Shown: positions 1 to 12,793 of the stretch, one piece after another
Numbering within the stretch: position 1 is the stretch's first letter
How the letters are laid out: each line of letters starts with the position of its first letter
NCBI GenBank assembly: GCA_964016885.1
Contig: OZ024756.1
Coordinates: 38,440,001-38,504,000 of the forward strand
Origin: Eledone cirrhosa
Taxonomy: Eukaryota
Length of the DNA: 64,000 nucleotides
Reading direction: 5' to 3'
The notes under the pieces: generated by a model
What the model was told of the DNA's origin: nothing
Databases searched by the model: none
The model's input: only the letters and a program-made list of their open reading frames with translations
Made by a program: the position numbers and the translations under genes

Positions 1-2436
1 TTTCAAACGACGTGGATTGGCAGAATCATTCGAGCGCAATAAAAGTGTCCAGTACAGTATCGATCAAACGAAGTGAGCCTCTATGTGGTCGTACGACCTG
101 GTAGAAATAACTGACAGAATATCCTCAAATAATATCCATTGACAATGGATCTCGAATGAAAAAAAATGAAAATATCTCGTCCGTTTAACAGGATTCATTT
201 CATATAGAAGACACACGTTAAAGTTAGGGTTATGGGTTCGTTAATGTTCCTTCGTCGGCTTGTGTGTGTGTTTGCTTGCTAGTATGTGTGTGGATGGGGA
301 GAGAGAGAGAGCATACGAAACGAATCGGACAAGATGTTTTAAAATTTTTTTCTCATACGATCAAAGGAGATCTAGTGTCAATGATACCTCGGTGGGATTT
401 GAACATAAAACAAAGGGACGTAACTCTATACCGCAAACCATGTCCGACGTTCTACCGATACTGCCAATCCACCACTCTCATACCTTCCTACTATAATGGT
501 TTCTGGCATAAGACCAACAATTTTAGGGGAGGGGAAGTCGATTAAATCTACCCCAGTGCATTACTGGTACGTTATTGTATCATCCTTCGTAAGGATGAAT
601 GGCAAAGCAAACCTCGGCAAGATTTGAACTCATATGCTGCAAACCTGTCAGACATTCATACCGGCAAAATATCCTCTTCCTACTTTTTTAATAGAAAAGC
701 AAAGTTGACCTCGGCGGGATTTGAAACGAATACTACAAAGCATTCTATCCAACATTCTAATAATTCTGCTAATTCGCCACTTTATACAGTCCAATATTAT
801 TAACGCCAAAGTTCGGAGAGTTGAACTTTGCCTTTTACCCTTCCGAGGGTGGATCAAATGAAATACCAGTCAAATACTGGTCGATTTAATTGTAGTTCGG
901 TGATGTATTGTCATCGTAAGTGAACAAGGTGCCTTGCGGTATTTATAATACAACCTTTTACGTTCTAATTTCAAATTCCACCGATGCCAACTTTTATCCT
1001 TTCGAAGTGTTGATAAAATAGAAAATACCAGCCAGGTACAAAGGTTGATTTACGCAATCTCTCTCTTCATCGAGGTCAATAAACAAGATGGTAGTGGTGG
1101 TGGTGTCTGTTGTGGTTGTCGTTAGACCTAGTCCATCAACCAGTGAAAGTTCAAGTCTATCCAAAGTCTCAGTAGGCCGGTGCTTCTCCCAAGTTTCATC
1201 GATCTTAAGCAATTGAAAATACAAGACTCCCCCTCCCCCAACTACTACCACCACCACTATCCAGGCCATAACGCTAGTCTATCGCAGAGTTAGCTCCCTG
1301 CTACCTGCTGGTACTTATTTTCAGCTGAGTCTACTGGAACAACGTGAAATGATTTGCTCAAGAATACAACACGCTACCAGGTCTAAGAATCAAACCCACG
1401 ACTTTATGAACACAAGTCCAACCAATACCTTCACTGTTATTTTCCCCATTTTTTAGTTGAGGGCAAGAAATAATGGTTTCTGATTTAGGCACAAGGCCAA
1501 CAATTTTTGGGAGAAGGGAAAGTCGATTAAATCGACACCAGTGTGTGACTGGTACTTTATTTTATTGATCCTATAAGTATGAAAGGCAAAGCTAATCCCG
1601 GCGGGATTGGTCTTTGACTCGTTGATGCCGAAATGAAGACATTCACTTAAGTCAGTCAGCAATTGGAACATAAATACACCATTGTTCACACACACACACA
1701 CTCTCTTTCTACACACAACTCCACTCTCTCTCTTTCTCTCACTCCCTTACACAAACACACACACGCAATATCTCTATTACACAATATACTCTCTCTCTCT
1801 CTCCACCACCACCACCATTGTCTTACTCACTAACACTAACAGTACCAACAATTAGTTACGGAGAAGTTATTTAGATTAAACAGTAATCGGAAGTGAAGTT
1901 GTGTCATTCATCGTTTAAAATGTCGATTAAGTGTGAAATTGTTTATTATATCAGAGCTTTTTGTCTGTTTGTCTGTCTGTCTGTCTCTGCTGCTGCTGGT
2001 GATGGTGATGTAGTGGGGGTGGTGGTAATGGTGATGGTGGTGGTAGCGTTAGCGGTGACGGTGGTAGTGGTGGCGATGATGATGATGGTAGTGGTGGCGA
2101 TGATGATGATGATGGTAGTGGTGGTCATGAACTTGAGGTCAATGTACTTGAGGTTCAATCCCATCACACTCATTGTTTTGGACTTTTGTTTCTCATTGGA
2201 TTTATCATCACATCCTCTCCACCACCCTCCTCCTTCCGCCTTCCTCCTCCTCCTCCTCGTCATCATCAAAAAACAAACAAAGTAGGCTTTAGATGAGAAC
2301 AATCAGTTAAATCCAACCAAGTACTTGACCGCTACTTTATTTTATTGACCTCAGAAGGTTAAAAGGAGCTGACCTCTGGAATTTGTACTCAGAATGTAAA
2401 GAAGTGTTAGAAGTGTCACAAAGTGTTATTGGTGGC

Positions 2437-2720
2437 CATGCTGGAGACAACCCTGTAAGGGGGTCATGCTGGTGACAACCCTATAAGATGGGCGTGCTGG
2501 TGACAACCCTGTAAGGTAGTCATGCTGGAGACAACTCTGTAAGGGGGTCATGCTGGTGACAACCATATAAGATGGGCGTGCTAGTGACAACCCTGTAAGG
2601 TGGTCGTTCTGGTGACAAACCTGTAAGGTGGTCATGCTGGTGACACGACAAAAACAGCCCAGTTCACCCTGTAAGGTGGTCGTTCTGGTGTCATGACAAA
2701 AAGTGCCCAGTCCACCCTGT
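2437..2720 (+). repeat. 28-bp minisatellite related to the same retroelement segment
   Basis: Unit about catgctggtgacaaccctgtaaggtggt, grading into aaaaagtgcccagtccaccctgta. Confidence 0.85.
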
Positions 2721-3132
2721 AAAGTGGCTGAGCTCAAGATACAAAAAAACATGCCCAGTCCACTCTTGTATGTGGCGTGTATATGGTGTATGTTATATAC
2801 ATGTGGTGTGTTTCTGTAATGAGTATATGTAGTGTGTGTATGTGATATGTGTAAGTGTAGTGTGTGGTGTGTGTATGTGGTGTGTAATATGTGAGCATAA
2901 CATTGTATTCATAATACAATCTAACAACCACAACAACAACAACCACCAATGTCTAAAAATAACTCTTGGAAGGAAATATCAAAGAAAGCTTAGAAAAAAA
3001 ATCTTTTGTGAAGATTTATCAATCCTTACTAGTCCAATTGATTGATTTCTTGGTCATATTTTAGGAAATATCATTGATTTTATTGATTACATCATTAGTT
3101 TCTTTCAAATACATTCTTCTCGTCTGATTTAT

Positions 3133-3170
<38 letters not shown>

Positions 3171-3188
3171 TATCAGCTTCATCGCTAG

Positions 3189-3402
3189 GTAAAGAAGTGC
3201 CAAGAAATGCCAGTAGAAGGAAGACACAGTAGAGGAAGATCCCGAAAAACATAGGTGGAGGTGGTGAGAGCTGACCTCAGATCGCTGAAGCTCACGGAGG
3301 AGATGACAAAGGACCGTGACAAGTGGAGAGATGCTGTGCTGAATAGGACGGGTCCCACCCTTGCGAGCAAGGAAAAGTGGACGTAAAATGATGATGATGA
3401 TG
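3189..3402 (+). mobile_element. RTE-clade LINE 3' end with (GAT)n tail
   Basis: VEGRHSRGRSRKT*VEVVRADLRSLKLTEEMTKDRDKWRDAV matches the RTE C-terminal RGRP.KTW...DL......A.DR..WR pattern. It ends ggacgtaaaatgatgatg. Confidence 0.85.
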
Positions 3403-5082
3403 ATATATATATACACTCTCCTCATAGCGGTGCCATCCAGTTCCAGGCTCCAAAACTCTGGTTCTGCTGTCAGAAGGGTCCAGTGGGGCCAATTAACCTG
3501 TCCTTCCTAAGCGCTGCCACCCAATTCCCCACTGCAAAAGAGGTTGACTGAAGAGATGAGACTGTCCATCTTTCTGTTGTTTTTTCCATTGTCTTCATGC
3601 TGTGTGCCCTCTATTTTGAATAAATATACACATCATGATATATACCACATCATAACACAGTAAACTACAGTAGGCTACACTACACCACACCACACCACAG
3701 TAAACTACACTACACCACACCACAGTAGACTACACTACACCACACCACAGTAGACTACACCACACTACACCACACCACACCACAGTAGACCACACTACAC
3801 CACAGTAGACCACACCACACCACAGTACACCACACCACACTACACTACACCACATGTGTGTATGTATACATATGTATGGGTATATAAATATATCTGTGTG
3901 TATGTGTATATCATCATCATCATCATTTTACGTCCGCTTTTCCCTGCTTGCAACGGTGGGACGGGAACTGATTCTGGCTTGATTTCTACAGCGGGATGCC
4001 CTTCCTAACACCAACCTCATTTACAGTGAGTGCTGGGTGCTTTTTTGCCTCCACGTCCACTTTGCAGTGGAATGATAGGGACCCCAGTCCTATCATCTTG
4101 TTTCTAAAGCTGAGTAAACTGGAGCAACGTGAAATATAGTGTCTTGCTCAAGGAAACAACACATCACATATATAAATATGTGTATATATGTATACGTGTG
4201 TGTTATGTATATGTTATGTACGTGTGTATGTATGTATATGTGTATGTATATATGTGTGTGTACATCTATGTATGTTTATGTGTATGTGTGTAAGTATAAG
4301 TATATGCATAGGTAGATGCTTATATATATATGTGTATATTTATATATGTCAGGTCACCAGTTGGTGCTACTGGTAACATGTATCCCAGTACAACCTGTCC
4401 CATGGTCGGGTCGTTGGCGACTAAACTGGCAACCCCACCAAGGTTTCTTGGTGAGGAGGGTGACTTTGGACATCCTGCAGGACTAAAAACAAAACCTGTC
4501 AAAGGGCAAAGGAGCTCTTAAGAGTCAATGGCCATCCAAAATCACCGGGAGAGATGACCCCTTAGCCTTTGTCAAGGCAGAATTCTAGGAGAAGGAAAAC
4601 TCTGATATAACACCTGCAACCCTGATGGTATCCAATGATGTTGACTTGTTCTTCTTTTTGGTAAATATCATCTTGGTTAAGAGAGTGGGACTGGCTTTGT
4701 GCAGTGCCTTTGCTCACTATAAAAGCTTCACGGCACAGGCATTGCTTTATATCTGGAGATCTCTCTGCACTTGTCGTCACATGGTACCATGGGCCCAGCA
4801 CTATGTGTCAGTAATTGTCACAAGTGTAGTGTTTGTACCAGAGTTTTCAAGTCGCTGGCTGGACTAAAAAGTCACACTCGTTCAGCGCATCGGTAGGGGT
4901 TCTCCTACATGGATATAAAGTAGTGGCCGTACTCGAAAACGAGTTGGCAGCCACCATATTTATATATATATTTATTATTTTCCCTATTACATTACATCCG
5001 TTATTTTATTTTATTTCAGCCTCACTTTCAATTGTTTTAGGCTTTGTTTTGAAATCCATATTTCACATCCTCTTCGAATAAA

Positions 5083-5157
5083 ATTTCATTCTGATGAACG
5101 ATTTCAGATGTCTGTGTCGAGCTTGTCTGTCTTCTTGAAACCTTTGGTAAATGGAAT
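5083..5157 (+). ncRNA. type I hammerhead motif with eroded stem II
   Basis: atttcatt-CTGATGA...GAAA-cctttgg-TA-aatggaat. The flank is homologous to 22680-22840 and 45540-45720. Confidence 0.65.
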
Positions 5158-5316
5158 AATTGTCTTATGTTGTTTATTACATAACTAAATAGCTCTGTAG
5201 CCTACATAGAGCACTCTCCTTTCCTTTACCTTTCCTACGGAAACACTTAATATATATATATATATATCACATAAGAAACGAAGAATCAGTGGTGTGACAA
5301 ATTAAAATTTATTAGT

Positions 5317-5399
5317 CATATTACAATTGTTTCTCTGGCAGAGGAACGATCGATGCGATGATCGAACCTGACTCTGAAATTGCAAGATCCTCAGATACG
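5317..5399 (-). ncRNA. type I hammerhead ribozyme motif
   Basis: cgtat-CTGAGGA-tcttgca...tgccaga-GAAA-caattg-TA-atatg. Confidence 0.7.
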
Positions 5400-5472
5400 T
5401 CTCGATCATTCAAAGCAGAGTTTCCAATTATATATATATATAAGCGGATGTAAAATGATGATGATGATGATG

Positions 5473-5509
<37 letters not shown>

Positions 5510-5603
5510 TATGTCAACATGAATGGACCTGTTATTTTTATCTAAAGACATTTTTTCCAATTCCAACCACCCATCCCCTCAATCTATCTTATTTCTCATT
5601 CTT

Positions 5604-5639
5604 TCTTCTGATGAAGGACTAGCATCCGAAACGTTAAGA
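5604..5639 (+). ncRNA. minimal type I hammerhead motif
   Basis: tctt-CTGATGA-a-gga-ctagca-tcc-GAAA-cg-TT-aaga. Degenerate relatives at about 10171-10205 (plus) and 37815-37855 (minus). Confidence 0.65.
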
Positions 5640-5718
5640 CCCTCTTCCTGCTATATCAAGCGTTAACCTAATATATCTTTTCCATATACTGTACTGATTG
5701 TTATTTCTGTTTACCTTT

Positions 5719-5772
<54 letters not shown>

Positions 5773-5795
5773 ATATCACACATATATATATGCAT

Positions 5796-5839
<44 letters not shown>

Positions 5840-6169
5840 GTGTGTGTGTGCACATGTAACTTTATCACTGCTTCTTTCTTCCCTCTCACCCCACCCACCA
5901 CACTTTTCCCTTCCCCTTCCCTCTATTACTCTGTCTTTCCTCCTTATTTTTACATGCTTTCCTCCCCTTCCACACCCATACACCCACACCCACCTATCGT
6001 CTGTTTCAGGCATTTTTTCAAACTGATAAAAGGCAAAAATGTTGGGTTTTGCTTTTCCTTAGAAATTCTTGTAAATTCTTTAAATTAAAACCAAACTTTT
6101 CAGGTGGCCATTTGCCAACTTTTCACATTCTAAGACATAATTCTTCATTCTTTATTAAACTATCTACAA

Positions 6170-6727
6170 ATACCACCATTATCACCACCAGCACTATCAC
6201 CAGCAGCAGCAGCACCACCACCACCACCACCACCACTACTTCCACCACCACCACCACCACCATCACCAGCACCACCACCACTATCACCACCAGCACCAGC
6301 ACCACTACTACTTCCACCAACACCACCATCAGCACCACCACCACCACTATCACCACCTGCACCACTACTACTTCCACCAACACCACCATCAGCACCACCA
6401 CCACCACCACCATCACCACCACCACCACCACCATCTCCAGCACCACCACCACTATCACCACCAGCACCACTACTACTTCCACCAACACCACCATCAGCAC
6501 CACCACCACCACCACTACCACCACCACCACCATCTCCAGCACCACCACCACTATCACCACCAGCACCACTACTACTTCCACCAACACCACCATCAGCACC
6601 ACCATCACCACCACCACCACCATCAGCACCACCATCACCACCACCACCACCACTATCACCACCAGCACCACTACTACTTCCACCAACACCACCACCACCA
6701 TCACCAGCACCATCACCACCACCACCA
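6170..6727. repeat. (ACC)n-based trinucleotide repeat with higher-order blocks
   Basis: Poly-Thr and poly-Val pseudo-ORFs. Recurring block actactacttccaccaacaccaccatcagc. Confidence 0.95.
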
Positions 6728-6841
6728 GGTGTCAGGCTTTAGCCCTTCTTCTGTAGTGCAAAAATAGAGACAGGATCACAAAGGATAGATACAGAAAATA
6801 AAAGGTAGTTCAAGTAAAAAAAAGATTATATATATATATAT

Positions 6842-6942
6842 ACTAGCAGAGGTACCCGGTGTTGCTCGGGTATTAAATAGCAGTCATGTGTATATATGTA
6901 TATGTATGTTTGTATATGTATGTGTATATATGCTTGTATATG

Positions 6943-6995
<53 letters not shown>

Positions 6996-7116
6996 ATGTG
7001 TTATATATATATATGCATATGTACGTATGCATCTACACACGTGTATTAATCTGTATATATGTGTGTATATATATATATTATATATATACTAGCAGAATGG
7101 CCCGGCGTTGCTCGGG
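6842..7116 (-). mobile_element. two Helitron-like 3' termini separated by microsatellite
   Basis: On the reverse strand, cccgagcaac(a/g)ccggg hairpin followed about 8-10 nt later by CTAG|T, at 6842-6872 and 7088-7116. Confidence 0.7.
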
Positions 7117-7281
7117 ATTCTAAACATAGATTGGCATGTTTATCCCTCCTCTCTGAAACAGTGTCGTCGTATGTTCACCAATTGATGCAGAAGTCCTAAT
7201 AAAAAGTGAAGTCGCTTTTGGTGAATAGATGAATAATTTTCCAATAAGATTTTTCAAAAGCATGTAATTGCGTTCCCTTTA

Positions 7282-7344
7282 TATTTTATCTGATGAAAAC
7301 GTACTTAAACACCATTGTACCTTTGAAATATGTATAATAAAATA
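7282..7344 (+). ncRNA. type I hammerhead ribozyme motif
   Basis: tattttat-CTGATGA-aaacgtac...gtaccttt-GAAA-tatgta-TA-ataaaata. 8-bp stem I and 7/8-bp stem II. Confidence 0.75.
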
Positions 7345-7517
7345 CATATTTTGATTATGAGAATATTTTTCATTTATTAATATTTTGAATAATATTAAAT
7401 ACTCCAGAAAAATTTGTCGAGTGCTTCTAATCTATTGTAAAATTATATTCGTTGAATAATCAACGAACCATATAAACTTCGGTTATATTTATATATATAT
7501 ATATGATGATGATGACG

Positions 7518-7559
<42 letters not shown>

Positions 7560-8237
7560 GGGGAGCTTTAACAAATTGGTGACAAAGTGTAGCTTAAAAA
7601 AGATATAGACTTAACACTAACCTTCACTTCTGATTTGAGAGTTGACAAACAAAAAATAATTTGTAACCACACCCCTATAGTGTAGTCACCTGAATGTGTA
7701 TTTTTCTGGAATTTTAAGGGCACACAAATTAAAAAGATTAAAAAAAGAGAAAGAAGGAAAATAAAAATGTCAGATTTATGTCAAAGCTACTACAGTAGCT
7801 GACTCATCTCATTTTAACAAACACTAAAATTATGGATCAGCTTTCAACCAACCGATCATCCGACCATCCGTTGCTGCAATAACCCCCCCCCCCCCCTCCA
7901 ATGCGCCTGGACATTATTTATTTTTTACTGATTCAGTCAGTCCTGAACCTTACCCCCACCACCACACCACCCCCACCATCCACTCAGCCCTTACCCAGCC
8001 GCCATAAAATCAAACAAATAAAATGAAACAACTTAATGTTCTCTATTTCTGGTGTGTTACATCATATTAACATTCAGTTTGTCACTATATATATATATAT
8101 ATATAGAGTCAGTAGGCCCCTCCAAACCAAATATACACCCCAACCCACTACTCCTACTCCATCCTCCCACTCACACAAACACCACCCTTTCTCTATAAAG
8201 TTATGTTGGTACCACAACATCCAGTCCAAACTAATGA

Positions 8238-9920
8238 GGTCATGTAGGTGTCACGACAAAAAAGCTCCCAGTCCACACTGTAGAGTGGTCATGTAGGTAA
8301 CACGGTAAAAAGCTCCCAGTCCACACTGTAGGTGTCACGACAAAAAAGCTCCCAGTCCACACTGTAGAGTGATCGTGTAGGTAACACAGTAAAAAGCTCC
8401 CAGTCCACACTGTAGAGTGGTCATGTAGGTAACAGTAAAAGGCTCCCAGTCCACACTGTAGAGTGGTCATGTAGGTAACACGGTAAAAAGCTCCCAGTCC
8501 ACACTGTAGGTGTCACGACAAAAAAGCTCCCAGTCCACACTGTAGAGTGATCGTGTAGGTAACACAGTAAAAAGCTCCCAGTCCACACTGTAGAGTGGTC
8601 ATGTAGGTAACACAGTAAAAGGCTCCCAGTCCACACTGTAGAGTGGTCATGTAGGTAACACAGTAAAAAGCTCCCAGTCCACACTGTAGAGTGGTCATGT
8701 AGGTAACACAGTAAAAGGCTCCCAGTCCACACTGTAGAGTGGTCATGTAGGTAACACAGTAAAAAGCTCCCAGTCCACACTGTAGAGTGGTCATGTAGGT
8801 AACACAGTAAAAAGCTCCCAGTCCATACTGTAGAGTGGTCATGTAGGTAACACAGTAAAAAGCTCCCAGTCCACACTGTAGAGTGGTCATGTAGGTAACA
8901 CAGTAAAGAGCTCCCAGTCCACACTAGAGTGGTCGTGTAGGTAACACAGTAAAAGGCTCCCAGTCCACACTGTAGAGTGATCATGTAGGTAACACGGTAA
9001 AAGGCTCAGTCCACACTGTAGAGTGGTCATGTAGGTAACAGTAAAAGGCTCCCAGTCCACACTGTAGAGTGGTCATGTAGGTAACACAGTAAAAAGCTCC
9101 CAGTCCACACTGTAGAGTGGTCATGTAGGTAACACGGTAAAAAGCTCCCAGTCCACACTGTAGAGTGGTCATGTAGGTAACACGGTAAAAAGCTCCCAGT
9201 CCACACTGTAGAGTGGTCTTGTAGGTAACACGGTAAAAAGCTCCCAGTCCACACTGTAGAGTGGTCATGTAGGTAACAGTAAAAGGCTCCCAGTCCACAC
9301 TGTAGAGTGGTCATGTAGGTAACACAGTAAAAAGCTCCCAGTTCACACTGTAGAGTGGTCATGTAGGTAACAGTAAAAGGCTCCCAGTCCACACTGTAGA
9401 GTGGTCATGTAGGTAACACAGTAAAAAGCTCCCAGTCCACACTGTAGAGTGGTCATGTAGGTAACACGGTAAAAAGCTCCCAGTCCACACTGTAGAGTGG
9501 TCATGTAGGTAACACAGTAAAAAGCTCCCAGTCCACACTGTAGAGTGGTCATGTAGGTAACACGGTAAAAAGCTCCCAGTCCACACTGTAGAGTGGTCAT
9601 GTAGGTAACACGGTAAAAAGCTCCCAGTCCACACTGTAGAGTGGTCATGTAGGTAACAGTAAAAGGCTCCCAGTCCACACTGTAGAGTGGTCATGTAGGT
9701 AACACGGTAAAAAAGCTCCCAGTCCACACTGTAGAGTGGTCATGTAGGTAACAGTAAAAGGCTCCCAGTCCACACTGTAGAGTGGTCATGTAGGTAACAG
9801 TAAAAGGTTCCCAGTCCACACTGTAGAGTGGTCATGTAGGTAACACGGTAAAAAGCTCCCAGTCCACACTGTAGAGTGGTCATGTAGGTAACACGGTAAA
9901 AAGCTCCCAGTCCACACTGT
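8238..9920 (+). repeat. 48-bp minisatellite, about 35 copies
   Basis: Unit tcatgtaggtaacacagtaaaaagctcccagtccacactgtagagtgg, with 46-bp variants. The 16-aa periodicity of the overlapping spurious ORFs agrees. Confidence 0.97.
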
Positions 9921-10803
9921 AATGACGTTGGTGTTAGGAAGGACATCCAGCTGTAGAAAACCTGCCAGATAGTCCTATACGAGCAAGACACGGTCACCCG
10001 ACCAATCTTGCCTCAAGTAGGACAATTCCCGTCTAACCCATGCTAGCGTGGAAGATGGACGATAAACGATGATGATGATATATTTACTCTCTTTATCTTC
10101 ACTTTTTTTTAGAGAGAGACTACCATTTATTTTCTGGATCTATCCTTTGTGATCCCGTCTCTACTTTTGTACTCCTGAAGAAGGACTAAAGTGCGATACG
10201 TCAAACTTTCTTTCCTCTTTTCCATATAAAGTGTGAAACTAATAAGAATTTTTGTACCTCTGTTTGTCGTTTCCTTAAACTACATATATCTATCTATATA
10301 TATATATATATATATATTAAAGAAATAATGAATAAAACAATGAAACAGTTCCTTATATTAAACAAAAAAAAAGTTCATTATTTAACGATCGTTTCTAGGA
10401 TATATATGTGTTAGAATTGGCATGCATATTCAACAGATCTATGTACAACATTGAGTTCTTCATACGGATTGGACACTACCGTAAACTCTTGGTAGATTTA
10501 TCTACATATATATATATATATATATATCATCATCATCATCATCGTTTAATGTCTATCTTCCACACTAGCATGGGTTAGACGGGAATTGTCCCATTTGAGG
10601 CAAGATTGGTCGGGTGACCATGTCTCGCTTATATAGGACTATCGGGCAGGTTTTCTATGGCTGGATGTCCTTCCTAACACCAACCACATTTACAGTGTGG
10701 ACTGGGAGCTTTTTACCGTGTTACCTACATGACCATATTACAGCGTAGACAGTATTTAAAAAAAAAATATATATAGATGTATATATATGTCTATATATAT
10801 ATG

Positions 10804-10870
<67 letters not shown>

Positions 10871-11067
10871 TTGGTAGAAATCCATAGTTGAAAGATCACA
10901 GAAAACAATCTGTTGGAGTTTATTTACTGTAAACAAAGTTTCATACACTAAACATGTATGTGCTACCAATGGCTTCAGAGTCCAATCATGGCCACCACCG
11001 TATAATGTAGAAGGCACATTTAAACAAAAATATTTCTAATGTCCACATGCCTTAATGAAGGGCCAGT

Positions 11068-11280
11068 TTAACCCTTTAGCATTCAAACCGGTCGTATCCG
11101 GCCACAATTCTCTCACCTCTTTCTGTTAAAAAATCAGCTGTAAGCGGCTGCTCATACTGATGTTAAGGTTTTGTTCTCAAAATAAAGATTCGATATTGTG
11201 AGAGATAATTATGTAAGATAAAGCCTTTACTTCAAAAATACCATAGTATATATAGAGTAATGTAAATGCTAAAGGGTTAA
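11068..11280. mobile_element. piggyBac-like MITE (TTAA-flanked, CCCTTTAGCATT termini)
   Basis: ttaa-ccctttagcatt...aatgctaaaggg-ttaa. Further copies at about 19959-20174, 21239-21430, 26826-27050, 27408-27590, 52470-52660 and 56319-56533. Confidence 0.85.
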
Positions 11281-12694
11281 AAGTGCCTCCTTCATTATTC
11301 AGTGGTGGCCATGACTGGACTGACCACACTGTGTCTCCCCGTTCCTCTATCATTTTGACACTGTCACTGTCCCACTGTCATTTTGTCTCTGATTCCACCT
11401 CCACCCACGACTGGTTTTATTTTTCACAATTCACTCAGTTTTTATACAAAATAAAAAATAACTTAACAATGTTGACAATAGGAGATATTTAATGTTATAA
11501 ACATTAACTTTAGGTTTTAACCGTTTGTGTCAAAGTCGTGTTTTAATATTAAATGTAGGTTGGCTATAAATTGTGATAATAATATAGTTGTATATAATAC
11601 TAACTAACATTATATATGACCTACAGCACTATATATTACTGGAGAGGAGGGGATGAGATCCATCAGGTTATAAATGCCCAAGAAACCCTGTATGTCATTA
11701 AAGCCCCCTACAAATCCATCAGAAGTTATGGTTCCATACATACAAACATATCACTTACAGTTCTATATATTACTAACACAGTGTTGCCTACTGTTAGTCA
11801 CCTTGTGTATATATATATATATATATATATCATCATCATCATCATTGATTCTGGCTTGATTTCTACAGCTGGATGCCCTTCCTAACACCAACCTCATTTT
11901 CAGTGAGTGCTGGGTGCTTTTTTTGCCGTAATGCTTTTTTTGCCGTGGCACCTACATGACCACTTTGCAGTGGAATGATAGGACCCCAGTCCCTATCATC
12001 TCATTTCTACAGCTGAGTAAACCGGAGCAATGTGAAATAAAGTGTCTTGCTCAAGGAAACAAGACATCACCCGGTTTGAGAATTGAACTCACAACCTTTC
12101 GATTGCAAGGCCAATGCTCTAACCACTAAGCCATATGCCTCCATATGAATCGTCCACAGATGAAACTAGAACTTTCACTCTCTGCCTCCAACTGTCTTCT
12201 TCCCCAATCAAGACTTTGTCCTCGATGACATTGTAACCAAATCTGCATGTGACAACATCCTTTATATATATAGAAAGTGAACAACACAATATATAACTAC
12301 TCTATTACCAAAGGTTTCTAAATCCTAGAGAATATTAATATACGTCTGGCTTGTTCATCTGACAGAGATCTTTTTTCCTTTGCTTTTTCTTTGGAATTAC
12401 CTAACATATATCATCATCATCATTTCATTTTACGTCCACTTTTCCCTGCTTGCAAGGGTGGGATGGGAACTGATTCTGGCTTGATTTCTACAGCTGGATG
12501 CCCTTCCTAACACCAACCTCATTTACAGTGAGTGCTGGGTGCTTTTTTGCCGTGGCACCTCCACGACCTCATTTTTACAGCTGAGTAAACCGGAGCAATG
12601 TGAAATAAAGTGCCTTGCTCAAGGAAACAACACATCACCCGGTCTGAGAATTGAACTCACAACCTTTCGATTGCAAGGCCAATGCTCTAACCAC

Positions 12695-12748
<54 letters not shown>

Positions 12749-12793
12749 TAAACAAATAATGAATAAACAATTCCTTATATTAAACAAAAAAAG

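Noticed and set aside
6049-6756. Mucin-like poly-Thr ORF (also the His/Pro/Thr ORFs at 35431-36573 and 54681-55178)
   Set aside because: Trinucleotide microsatellites open in several frames on both strands, with no splice or domain support.
8238-9997. Repetitive ORFs (CYLHDHSTVWTGSFLL)n, and a CRISPR-like appearance
   Set aside because: Head-to-tail 48-bp units with no unique spacers, no cas genes and a eukaryotic context. The ORFs arise from the stop-free unit.
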